Shown one piece after another: positions 40,828 to 49,706 of a DNA stretch of 59,684 nucleotides. The position numbers and the translations under genes were made by a program. The notes under the pieces are model-generated. The model saw only the letters and a program-made list of their open reading frames with translations. It was not told the origin of the DNA and did no database searches. Every line of letters begins with the position of its first letter. Position 1 is the stretch's first letter. Source of the stretch: a bacterium (GTDB lineage: Bacteria > Hinthialibacterota > Hinthialibacteria > Hinthialibacterales > Hinthialibacteraceae); contig JBHGBC010000016.1 of assembly GCA_041946805.1 (NCBI GenBank), forward strand, positions 1-59,684. The letters run 5' to 3'.

Positions 40828-42252
40828 ATGGCCAAGCAATTAGTCATCGATCCGGTCACCCGCATCGAGGGGCACGGCAAGATCACCATTCATCTGGACG
40901 ACCGCGGGCGGGTGAACCAGGCCTTCTTCCATGTCACCCAGTTCCGGGGATTCGAGAAACTCTGCGAGGGGCGTCCTTTTTATGAAATGCCCTCGCTCAT
41001 GGCGCGCATCTGCGGCATTTGCCCCGTCAGCCACCTGATCGCCTCGGCCAAGGCCTGCGACGCCATCCTGGCCGTGCAGATCCCCGAAACCGCCGCCAAC
41101 CTGCGGCGGATCATGAACCTGGCCCAGCTGGTGCAATCGCACGCGTTGAGCTTCTTCCATCTCTCCTCGCCCGACCTGCTGCTGGGCATGGACGCCGATC
41201 CCGCGCGCCGGAACCTGTTCGGCCTGGCGGAGAAGCATCCCCAGCTTGCCAAGGACGGCATCCGCCTGCGGCAGATCGGCCAGCAGATTATCGAGAGCCT
41301 GGGCGGCAAGCGCATCCATCCGGCCTGGGTGGTGCCCGGCGGCGTGAACGAGCCGCTGCCGTCCGCGCTGCGCGGCGAAATTCTGGCGAAACTGCCCGAA
41401 GCGTTGGAGATCATCAAGCGCACGCTGGACTGGTTCAAGCGGGGGCTGGACGATTACCAGGAGGAAATCCGCACCTTCGCCAATTTCCCCTCGCTGTTCA
41501 TGGGGCTGATCAACAAGAACAAGGAACTGGCGCACTACGACGGATTTCTGCGCTTCGTGGACGCCTCGGGCCGCATCGTGGCCGACAAGGTGAGCCTCAA
41601 CAAGTACATGGACTACATCACCGAGGCGGTGGAGCCGTGGACGTATCTGAAATTCCCCTATTTCAAGCCGTACGGCTATCCGGACGGCATCTACCGCGTG
41701 GGGCCGCTGGCGCGCCTCAACGTGATCGAAAGCTGCGGCACGCCGCTCGCCGACCAGGAATGGGCCGAATTCCGCGCCCTGGGCCGCGGGGCGGTGCTCA
41801 GCTCGTTCCAATACCACTACGCGCGGTTGATCGAAATCCTCTATGGCCTGGAGCGCATCCACCAGCTGCTAGACGATCCCGCCATCCTCAGCAAGCATGT
41901 GCGCGCCTTCGCCGGGCCGAACAATTTCGAGGGCATCGGCGTCTCCGAGGCGCCCCGCGGCACGCTGATCCACCATTACAAGGTGGACGAGGAAGGCCTG
42001 ATGCTGGACGCGAACCTGATCATCGCCACCGGCCACAACAACCTGGCCATGAACCGCGGTGTCTTCCAGGTCGCCAAGCATTACGTGGACGGCCGCAAAT
42101 TGAACGAGGGCATGCTCAACCGCGTGGAGGCGGTGATCCGCGCCTTCGATCCCTGCCTGAGCTGCTCCACCCACGCCCTGGGGAAGATGAAGCTGAGCAT
42201 TCAACTCTTCGACTGTGACGGCGCGAAGCTGGATGAACTGAGGCGGGAGTGA
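40828..42252 (+). CDS. hoxH: NiFe hydrogenase large subunit HoxH (group 3d)
   Basis: [17 protein letters not shown] (L1); DPCLSCSTH (L2), followed by a 25-aa C-terminal extension. Confidence 0.95.
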   Translation: MAKQLVIDPVTRIEGHGKITIHLDDRGRVNQAFFHVTQFRGFEKLCEGRPFYEMPSLMARICGICPVSHLIASAKACDAILAVQIPETAANLRRIMNLAQLVQSHALSFFHLSSPDLLLGMDADPARRNLFGLAEKHPQLAKDGIRLRQIGQQIIESLGGKRIHPAWVVPGGVNEPLPSALRGEILAKLPEALEIIKRTLDWFKRGLDDYQEEIRTFANFPSLFMGLINKNKELAHYDGFLRFVDASGRIVADKVSLNKYMDYITEAVEPWTYLKFPYFKPYGYPDGIYRVGPLARLNVIESCGTPLADQEWAEFRALGRGAVLSSFQYHYARLIEILYGLERIHQLLDDPAILSKHVRAFAGPNNFEGIGVSEAPRGTLIHHYKVDEEGLMLDANLIIATGHNNLAMNRGVFQVAKHYVDGRKLNEGMLNRVEAVIRAFDPCLSCSTHALGKMKLSIQLFDCDGAKLDELRRE

Positions 42253-42335
42253 GGGAGGGAGGTTGTGATCTGTGATAATCTGTATAATACGACATTATAA
42301 TTTTTTGAGATATGAGTACTTTCTCTTTTCGATAC

Positions 42336-44096
42336 TTATTCCTGGCCCATACCATTTGCTTGCAGGAATTTATCCATATCCGTGAACATATTGAAAAAGA
42401 TAGGCTTACCTGAAAACGCCAAGGGTGACATAGGCCCAACAGCCATGAAGGGAAATTCTTGTAGTTCACGATCTGGAAAACTCTGAGGATCCCGGAAGGA
42501 TTGGTAAAGTTCCAGAGAACGCTTGTCTCCACCTACGAAATCCCGAAGGCGGTCGAACTCCGTACCCATGGCGAGCCCAAATCCAAAGGTCAGTATTCGA
42601 AGTTGCTGTAGAATCTCCGGATCAAGACCTCCGAGCGTTTGGCTAATAAAGAACCATCCTAAACCGTATTTCCGGGTCTCCCTTACTGCACGACGCAGCA
42701 ACACCCGGAGCCGCTCGGCCTCAGTATCCTGTTCCAATCGACCGCTGGGGGCATGCCTATGCGCCTCATCAAGAAGAACAAGAACGTTTGCACTTTGCCG
42801 TGTCGACAAGCTGGATGTCGATTGGGCAATCAGAACATTCAGCAACTTACTCAGCAGACGGCGCTCCAACTCTTCCGTCCAGAAACGATTATGATTCCCT
42901 CGCGCAGATAAATCAATAACAACCACTGGGCGTGCCCCCGCTACATTCGCGGTTCCCATCAAGTCCGATACGATCCCATATAATCGCCGCTTCCCTGGCC
43001 CTGCAGCGAAAAGGCTGCAGAGAGGAATCCATTTGTTGTTTAGAACTTCATCCAACCTATTTGTCAGGATGTCCTGTACTCGGTTTTGCAGGCGCACCCG
43101 CGGGTCCCTGCTTGGGAAAATGTACTGAATGCTTTGTTGGTCTATGACGGCATTCAGTGCTGCGGTAAGCGCATCGCGACTTCCAGCATTGGCAAGTGGG
43201 AATTGCTGCCGCCCTCCTTGCGTCGCACGCTTCAGAGCATTTCGCACTACTTCCGCTGCGCGCACCGCGTTGTCGCTATGTGTGATGGTCAGCTCCTCGC
43301 AGAAGCCAAGAGAGATAAGCATTTCCTCAAAGGTGTTCCAGTCATCCAATTGAATATCTTCGATCCTATAAACATTAATTGTTCGCCCTTGCTGTCTAAC
43401 AATCTGATCCAGAGCCAGCCCCTGGTTGCCCACGCGCGAACCGGAAAGCTCCAATGTGAATTCACCCTGCGGATCAATGATGAGGATTCCGAGATTGGGG
43501 TGTCGGGAGTAGGCACAAAGCATCATCTTAGCCAAGCCGGATTTGCCAGACCCTGTTTTCCAAAAAACACCAAGGTGATAAGCTTCCCCAGCGCCACCAA
43601 CACCACTTCCAAAATGCTTAAACCACATTGGATAAAGGATTTCATTGGCGTAGGCTTGACCAAGGTAAAAGATTTCAGATTGATATGATTCTAGCAATTT
43701 GTTAAGCAAGGGCTGATCAATTCGTGAGACTCTTGTACCTGTGGACGGAACCATGCCCAATACTTCAGGTCGAAAACCATTTGAGGTCTTTTTGAAAGTT
43801 GCTCCTACAATCAGATCAGCAGTTCTCGTATCTTGGCGGTTTGTAATCGGAGGGATTTCCCCTGTCCGTTTTACAAGATTCCTGAAGACAGAATCCTCAT
43901 GCCACCTATTTTTCAGTTCGATGCCTACGATCTGGCCAACAGAGACGATAGTCTGACCATTCTGGGTTGCCTGAAAAGCGGTAAGTGCCCCTACTAAGCG
44001 TTCTTCAGTTGCCTCTTGAAGAAGATCAAGGGTCAATTCTGTATTAGTAGAAGGACTACCGACAACAGCGATATCCTGATTACGATTATTATCCAT
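42336..44096 (-). CDS. HerA/FtsK-like ATPase (HAS-barrel plus DUF87-type)
   Basis: N-terminal barrel region (VGSPS...GQIVGIELKN); Walker A HLGVF(W)KTGSGKS; IIDPQGEF; Walker B VLLDEAH; RETRKYG..ISQ. The ATG overlaps the nurA TGA (TGATG). Confidence 0.88.
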   Translation of the reverse strand: MDNNRNQDIAVVGSPSTNTELTLDLLQEATEERLVGALTAFQATQNGQTIVSVGQIVGIELKNRWHEDSVFRNLVKRTGEIPPITNRQDTRTADLIVGATFKKTSNGFRPEVLGMVPSTGTRVSRIDQPLLNKLLESYQSEIFYLGQAYANEILYPMWFKHFGSGVGGAGEAYHLGVFWKTGSGKSGLAKMMLCAYSRHPNLGILIIDPQGEFTLELSGSRVGNQGLALDQIVRQQGRTINVYRIEDIQLDDWNTFEEMLISLGFCEELTITHSDNAVRAAEVVRNALKRATQGGRQQFPLANAGSRDALTAALNAVIDQQSIQYIFPSRDPRVRLQNRVQDILTNRLDEVLNNKWIPLCSLFAAGPGKRRLYGIVSDLMGTANVAGARPVVVIDLSARGNHNRFWTEELERRLLSKLLNVLIAQSTSSLSTRQSANVLVLLDEAHRHAPSGRLEQDTEAERLRVLLRRAVRETRKYGLGWFFISQTLGGLDPEILQQLRILTFGFGLAMGTEFDRLRDFVGGDKRSLELYQSFRDPQSFPDRELQEFPFMAVGPMSPLAFSGKPIFFNMFTDMDKFLQANGMGQE

Positions 44097-45223
44097 CAAA
44101 CACCTCCTCGGCCGCCTTCCGTACGATAATTTTGTAAGAATAGAAGTGTGCTTTCTATATCGGGGGATGATCCTGCCACATGCTGCGCAACAGTCTGTTC
44201 AATGACAGCCACGCCAGATCCTAGACTCTTGACCATTCGGTCAGCAAGAAACAATGGATAAGGTTCAATCACGGCCGGGCTAAAGAATTGCCTGGTGACA
44301 CCTTCCAGAACGATTGACAATCGAGTGTTACTTGCGGTTATCGTAGACGGTATCTCCATTCTCAGAGCGGGAAGCCAACCGTAAGGTCGGAAATAGATTA
44401 CCGATAGTCCACTCAATGCCTCCAGAATCTCGTCCATGTCTTTCTTGGGACAGTACTTTTCCGGCAGATGGTCAACCTGCTGACTTGATGGATCAGCATC
44501 ATCGTGAAGCGGAAGCGGTCGGGTGAATTCTCCAGGATTGAGAATCATCGTTGCTAGTGTCTTCCCATCGACAATCACAGGGGGATTTAGCATATTCCCG
44601 CGAAGGAATTCGTTGCGTGATGTGAATTTGGGCATGGCGATGGTTCTATCACTTGTCAATATTACCTTCAGGTGCTTAAGTACACTGGATTCCCAGCGGC
44701 CAAGGAAATCATCAGCCAGCGCATATGCACAGTCGTCAATTTTGGTAAATGCTTGGTTTAAATAGATAATCAGAGAAGAAAATGATCCATCAAGGAGAAC
44801 GAGATCGTGGGGAGAATTAGCTGCCAAAGTTATCTCCATCGAAACCATCATTCCTCGTAATACGCCTATTGTATCCATACTATGCGGGAGTCCATCCACC
44901 CACATGTCGTGATAAGGTTCTGGCCAGTATCTTACAGCCTCTTTGGATGTTCCCTCTACAGCCACAGCAGCTGCCGCACATAGATCCAATGAAGTCAAGC
45001 GATGTACCTGATATGATCCATCTACTCCAACAACCGAAGGTTCTCGAGGAACATCAAGATCTGCTTTTCTGCGAATTAGGCGATGTTTTCTTGCATCATT
45101 TTGCAGATTGATTTTGGCATCACGAAGTGCTTGCAGATTATGTGATACACCATCCGCAACTGGAACAGCTTTAGCAAGGAGATCTCTGACCAACGCGTCA
45201 GGAAGATCTGCAAATGCCTCCAT
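44096..45223 (-). CDS. NurA-like nuclease
   Basis: VVGVDGS and LVLLDGS acidic motifs; EPYPLFLAD near the C-terminus. ATG 45223 follows GAGG, 13 bp after the druA-like stop. Confidence 0.85.
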   Translation of the reverse strand: MEAFADLPDALVRDLLAKAVPVADGVSHNLQALRDAKINLQNDARKHRLIRRKADLDVPREPSVVGVDGSYQVHRLTSLDLCAAAAVAVEGTSKEAVRYWPEPYHDMWVDGLPHSMDTIGVLRGMMVSMEITLAANSPHDLVLLDGSFSSLIIYLNQAFTKIDDCAYALADDFLGRWESSVLKHLKVILTSDRTIAMPKFTSRNEFLRGNMLNPPVIVDGKTLATMILNPGEFTRPLPLHDDADPSSQQVDHLPEKYCPKKDMDEILEALSGLSVIYFRPYGWLPALRMEIPSTITASNTRLSIVLEGVTRQFFSPAVIEPYPLFLADRMVKSLGSGVAVIEQTVAQHVAGSSPDIESTLLFLQNYRTEGGRGGV

Positions 45224-45236
45224 TAGCTCAGTAACC

Positions 45237-46388
45237 TCATTTTTGTACTCTTGTTTTTGACGGCCAAAGGCGATATTGTTCCCGAGTGTATTTGCGATAT
45301 TCCGGATTCCGCTCCGCTCGGCCCATGAGCCATCTTTCCTTAAAAGCCTCAGCCAGTTCCGATACCGGCCAGTCATGGAAGCAGGGTCGTTTAACCTCTC
45401 CATTCAAGAACCGTTTTGCATCACGCCCTAGAGGTGCAGCGAATATCTCTCGGTGAATACCATGATAAATGAGATCGGCGGAGAGACCAATCTGTGAAAG
45501 GCATTTGCGAATTATTTCACGCTTGTTTCGAAATCCAGTCCCCCACGCGATATGTTTTGCAGTAGGCTCACAATTTTTCTCAACGAAAGCCCTGATGTCT
45601 CCATACACGCCGTTTGAAAAGTGGAACTCTCCTGATCCTTGTGTGAATCCAAGACTGATCCAATATTGATGGCCATTAATGCGAATTCGGTTGTATATTG
45701 AAGACCGACCAAGGGCGGAGGTGGTTGTGACTAGTACGAGGTAAGGGGGCCGGGTTTCCTGTCTAATTAAGGACTTGGTTCCGTCGTATTTGTTGAGGAA
45801 TGCGTTTCGCACCTCATTACTACAAACGAGCATCGCAATGAGCTTTCCGCCCAGAAGAAAGGAATAGGGCGGTACGGCACCCAGTACATAGGCATCCATA
45901 ATGTGATACAGGTGTTGAGCTTTCTTTTCATTATCCCATCCAATCCATTGATCGCGTGCCTTAATGGAGTAGACCGGATCACCCAAACCAAATAAACCTA
46001 TAAGTTTCCCATTCGCTTCATCGATCACAAGGAAACGAAGCCTTCTCCCATATCCTGCCGAGACAGGGATACTCCAGTGAAGACAGGCGTAGCGAAAAAG
46101 AAGTTCGTGTTCGGATTCCGGTTCTACGACAACAAGTTTTGGGTGTATTTCATTAGGAACCACTTCGTTTCCATCGGCGATAAATCGAATAAGTCGATTT
46201 TCATAAGGTTGAACTCTCGGACCAGATATCTCCCTTTTTTTTTGCAGGGCAAGTTCATTCAGAGCACGGAAATCATCCTTTGTCGCACCCTCAGGAATGT
46301 GAATAACACCATCCTGTATCCTGTATCCCTGCTTATGTAATGCATAGATGATTTTTATCCGTAGATCTTCTGCCGGAAGCACCATCAT
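45237..46388 (-). CDS. Druantia DruA-like / DUF4338 protein
   Basis: WSIPVSAGYGRRLRFLVID..NGKLIG..LGDPV; MDAYVLGAVPPYSFLLGGKL; TTTSALGRSSIYNR; GFTQGSGEFH. At 383 aa it is similar in size to DruA. Confidence 0.85.
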   Translation of the reverse strand: MMVLPAEDLRIKIIYALHKQGYRIQDGVIHIPEGATKDDFRALNELALQKKREISGPRVQPYENRLIRFIADGNEVVPNEIHPKLVVVEPESEHELLFRYACLHWSIPVSAGYGRRLRFLVIDEANGKLIGLFGLGDPVYSIKARDQWIGWDNEKKAQHLYHIMDAYVLGAVPPYSFLLGGKLIAMLVCSNEVRNAFLNKYDGTKSLIRQETRPPYLVLVTTTSALGRSSIYNRIRINGHQYWISLGFTQGSGEFHFSNGVYGDIRAFVEKNCEPTAKHIAWGTGFRNKREIIRKCLSQIGLSADLIYHGIHREIFAAPLGRDAKRFLNGEVKRPCFHDWPVSELAEAFKERWLMGRAERNPEYRKYTREQYRLWPSKTRVQK

Positions 46389-46831
46389 GGTATCTCCATG
46401 TCATTCAGTATCTTGCATAAACACACTTAGGAGATAGAAATGCCATGCTACTAGCATTGACGGACATCCTTATCAAAAAAAAACCAGTCTTTGTTTTTGA
46501 AAGAATTAAAAATTATATAAGCATGGTGATATTTTATTTTCCCTCATCTTCACGACTTTCTCCAAAATCCTCCCCTCTTACAATGGCACCACATCAACCA
46601 TGATTGCCAACAACAGACGTGATTCTACTTGGGAAGTCAATAATCATTCTCATGACTACCGATAGAAGAAAAAAATTTATCAAACGAAATTATTTCACAA
46701 GTATAATCGATCTGTCAAGATGTTTTTTACAATTTTTCGTAAATTGTCCTCTCCTTCTCTCCAGCTCAACCCCCCCTCATTGGTAAACTGCGGGATGGAT
46801 CATCAAAACAGGAACATCATAACCACCTGAT

Positions 46832-47521
46832 TCACGGAAACGTCTGCCCTCCCGGGAAGCGCACGATGTTCCCCTGGCTGTACAGGCCGTTGCTGGGGTC
46901 GTAGCGGTTGAGTTTGCTGAAGCGCGAGCGCACCAACACACTGCCGTCCGGATTGAGCACCCGGTGATTCATGTCCGGTCCCACGCTGTACACCACGTAT
47001 TCCCGGGGAACCAGGCGCGGGTCGGCTTCATTATAATCGGGAGCGGTCCCTTCCAGCGTTCCGTGGGCGTCCACCGGCACCCGCACGGGCTTGATGGGCG
47101 CGAACTGGCCCATCATGTCATATCCGAACCCGCACCGTTCATTACCCAACAGGGGATTGCCGGCATTGTCCATATCGAGATCGGAACGCAGGAATGGGTC
47201 GTACAAAGGGCCATTCAGATACGCGACCGGCGTGGTCAATCCCGCTGGGCCCCGGTCGTGATTGGAGGGGAAACCCACCGGCATTTGCCATTCCACGCCG
47301 CCTTGGTCCTGCACATAGGGAAAATTCCCGTGATCGATCCGGTACATTTCGAGCGCGGACGCCAGGATTTTCAAGTCATTTTGCGCCCGGCTGATCTTGG
47401 CGCGGTTCATCGCGTTCATGAAATTGGGGACGGCGATCGCGGCCAGAACGCCGATAATGGCTACCACAATCAACAATTCAATCAGGGTGAATCCTCGCTG
47501 ATTAAGACAGACTCGCCTCAT
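46832..47521 (-). CDS. Prepilin-type N-terminal cleavage/methylation domain protein (pilin-like) #3
   Basis: NQRG|FTLIELLIVVAIIGVLAAIAVPNF; LTTPVAY; SVGPD; YDPSNGLYSQGNI. Confidence 0.92.
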   Translation of the reverse strand: MRRVCLNQRGFTLIELLIVVAIIGVLAAIAVPNFMNAMNRAKISRAQNDLKILASALEMYRIDHGNFPYVQDQGGVEWQMPVGFPSNHDRGPAGLTTPVAYLNGPLYDPFLRSDLDMDNAGNPLLGNERCGFGYDMMGQFAPIKPVRVPVDAHGTLEGTAPDYNEADPRLVPREYVVYSVGPDMNHRVLNPDGSVLVRSRFSKLNRYDPSNGLYSQGNIVRFPGGQTFP

Positions 47522-47650
47522 TTTGCTGAGATCCTCTTTCAATCATTGTGCGCTGATGAGGTGTCCTTCCTCCGCTTGAATTCGTAACCATTCCTTCCTC
47601 CTTCTCCCGTCCGGGGGACTTCCTTCACTCCATTCTTCATCTCTATCCTG

Positions 47651-47679
47651 AATATAGACATAATCTCCGGGAACGTCAA
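47651..47679 (-). promoter_or_regulatory. Putative sigma70 promoter for pilin #3
   Basis: Minus strand reads TTGACG-N17-TATATT, about 130 bp upstream of ATG 47521. Confidence 0.65.
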
Positions 47680-47752
47680 ATTGAAATGAAAAATTGACAT
47701 AAATAGTTATAATTTAAAATGAAAATCATAATCAAAGATGAGAACTCCCAAT

Positions 47753-48766
47753 TCATTCGGATTCGAAGTCACGGAGCCGCAAGGGAGTTCCGGCGGGGAG
47801 GTCGCGGAGCAGAATCCGGCCGAGGATGGAATCCACCTGGTCGGCGGCCAGGGGGCCGGCGGGGCGGCGAACGATGATGTTCCGGGTGGTGATGATCTCG
47901 CCCGCCTTGAGCGGGACGCGGGCGTAGATGGCCCGCCGGGCGATGCGCTCGACCGGGGCCTCGGAGGGGGTGAGGGCCTTGCGGGACGCGCCGAGCGCCT
48001 TTTCGGTGTCACGGATGGCCTGCACGTAGCGCTTCAGCTGCCCGGGGTCGTAAGAAAAGAAATGGTCCCACCCCGGCAGGTGGTGTGAGAGCGTGAAGTG
48101 CTTTTCGATCACGCAGGCTCCCAGCGCCACAGCCGCCACGGCCGCCACGTCGGATTCAGTATGGTCGGAAAATCCGGCCGGGAACGGGTAGCGTTCGCGC
48201 AGGGCCGTGAACCGGCGGAGGTTGACTTCCTCCAGCGGGCAGGGATACGCCGAAACGCAGTGCAGCAGCGCCAGCGCGGAGTGGCTCTCTTGTTCGATGG
48301 CCCGCACCGCCCGGTCCACCTCGTCCCAGGTGGACATGCCGGTGGAGAGGAGCAGCGGTTTTCCCTTCGCGGCGAGATATTTTAGAAACGCGAGGTGCGT
48401 CAGCTCGCCGGAGCCGATCTTGAAGGCGGGCACGGGAAGGGAGTCGAGCAGGTCGGCGCTGGCTTCGTCGAACGGCGTGGAGAGCAGGACAATGCCGTGG
48501 TCCGCGGCGGTCCGCTGCAGATCCAGGTAGGTCTCGCGGGTGAAGCGGTGTTTCTGGAAGCGGGCGAAATCGGGGTGATCGGGCGGGAAGAGTTCTTCCG
48601 TGGTGTAGGTCTGGAACTTGATGGCGTCCGCGCCGCACTCGGCCGCCATGGCGATGAGCCGGGCCGCCAGTTCCGGATCGCCGTTGTGGTTCAATCCGCC
48701 CTCCGCGATGATGAAGCAGGGGGCATCCCCGCCGAGGGTCCGCCCGCCGATCAGAATTTCACGCAT
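47753..48766 (-). CDS. N-acetylneuraminate synthase family protein (NeuB/PseI-like) with C-terminal SAF domain
   Basis: FIIAEGGLNHNG; DAIKFQ; FKIGSGE; LLHCVSAYP; GFSDHT; IEKHFT. Confidence 0.92.
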   Translation of the reverse strand: MREILIGGRTLGGDAPCFIIAEGGLNHNGDPELAARLIAMAAECGADAIKFQTYTTEELFPPDHPDFARFQKHRFTRETYLDLQRTAADHGIVLLSTPFDEASADLLDSLPVPAFKIGSGELTHLAFLKYLAAKGKPLLLSTGMSTWDEVDRAVRAIEQESHSALALLHCVSAYPCPLEEVNLRRFTALRERYPFPAGFSDHTESDVAAVAAVALGACVIEKHFTLSHHLPGWDHFFSYDPGQLKRYVQAIRDTEKALGASRKALTPSEAPVERIARRAIYARVPLKAGEIITTRNIIVRRPAGPLAADQVDSILGRILLRDLPAGTPLRLRDFESE

Positions 48767-48954
48767 GGTCTTGCACCCGCCCGGGGGAGTAAAGTTCCGC
48801 CCGTATTGTGCAACAAATCCGGCCGGATCTCCAGAAGGGAAGGAGAAGCCGCATCCGCTCCGGGTCCTCGTTTTTTCGTGTCTGGAAATTATAGTAAGGA
48901 ATACGGGCGCAACGCGAAGGCGTTGGATACGCGATTCGATACCAGGAGTCTGGC

Positions 48955-49677
48955 ATGAAAAGCACGAAAATCCATCAATCCACCCCGCCCGGCGCGGGAC
49001 CGGCCGGCAACCAGTGGAACAGAAACCAATACGTTGTGGACGCCTTGGGCGTCCATGATATCTGGCGCGTGTTCCGGATCATGGCGGAATTCACCGAGTC
49101 GTTCGAGACGCTCAGCCAATTGAAAAACGCGGTGTCCATCTTCGGCTCGGCGCGCACGCCCGAGGGGCATCCGCAATACGAAATGGCCCGCGGTCTGGGC
49201 CGCCGCATCGCCCAGGAAGGGTTGCCGGTGATCACCGGGGGTGGTCCGGGCGTCATGGAGGCGGCCAACCGCGGGGCCTACGAAGCGAACGGGATCTCGG
49301 TGGGTATGAACATTCAGCTGCCCATGGAGCAGAAACCCAATCCGTACATCACCCTGGGCCTCAGCTTCCGTTACTTTTTCATCCGCAAGGTGATGCTGGT
49401 GAAGTATTCGATCGCCTTCGTGATCTTCCCCGGCGGCTTCGGGACCCTGGACGAGCTGTTCGAGTCGTTGACCCTGATCCAGACGCACCGCATCCGCTCG
49501 TTTCCCGTGGTGCTGTTCGGGACGGAGTATTGGGGCGGCCTGGTGGACTGGCTGAAGAGCAAAGTCCAGGCCGAGGGCAACATCTCCCCCCGGGACCTGG
49601 ACCTGTTCACGCTGACCGATTCGATCGACGAGACGCTGGAGATCATCAAGAAGTCGGAGCAGTACGTGGGGAAGTGA
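48955..49677 (+). CDS. LOG family nucleotide phosphoribohydrolase (TIGR00730-like)
   Basis: SIFGSAR; ITGGGPGVMEAANRG; RKVMLVK; PGGFGTLDE. Confidence 0.92.
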   Translation: MKSTKIHQSTPPGAGPAGNQWNRNQYVVDALGVHDIWRVFRIMAEFTESFETLSQLKNAVSIFGSARTPEGHPQYEMARGLGRRIAQEGLPVITGGGPGVMEAANRGAYEANGISVGMNIQLPMEQKPNPYITLGLSFRYFFIRKVMLVKYSIAFVIFPGGFGTLDELFESLTLIQTHRIRSFPVVLFGTEYWGGLVDWLKSKVQAEGNISPRDLDLFTLTDSIDETLEIIKKSEQYVGK

Positions 49678-49706
49678 GGGGAATCCGGTTCCGAGAGGGA
49701 TGGTGG

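Larger units (their letters stand above)
42253..46800. mobile_element. AT-richer accessory islet (no integrase or transposase visible)
   Basis: Base composition and codon style shift abruptly right after the hoxH stop and revert near pilin #3. Boundaries are approximate. Confidence 0.6.

Noticed and set aside
42145..42175. Possible selenocysteine (NiFeSe) hydrogenase
   Set aside because: Both L2 cysteines are TGC codons; there is no in-frame TGA.
45224..45403. 60-aa N-terminal extension of the NurA ORF given in the ORF track
   Set aside because: It overlaps the druA-like gene by about 165 bp. ATG 45223 with a GAGG RBS right after the druA stop is more plausible.
42336..46388. Calling the islet a complete Druantia system or a housekeeping herA-nurA repair locus
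   Set aside because: There is no DruE helicase or DruB-D and no mre11/rad50. The composition is atypical and the pair is coupled to a DruA-like gene.
47694..47713. Perfect TTGACA and TATAAT on the plus strand
   Set aside because: The spacer is only 8 bp, incompatible with a sigma70 promoter.
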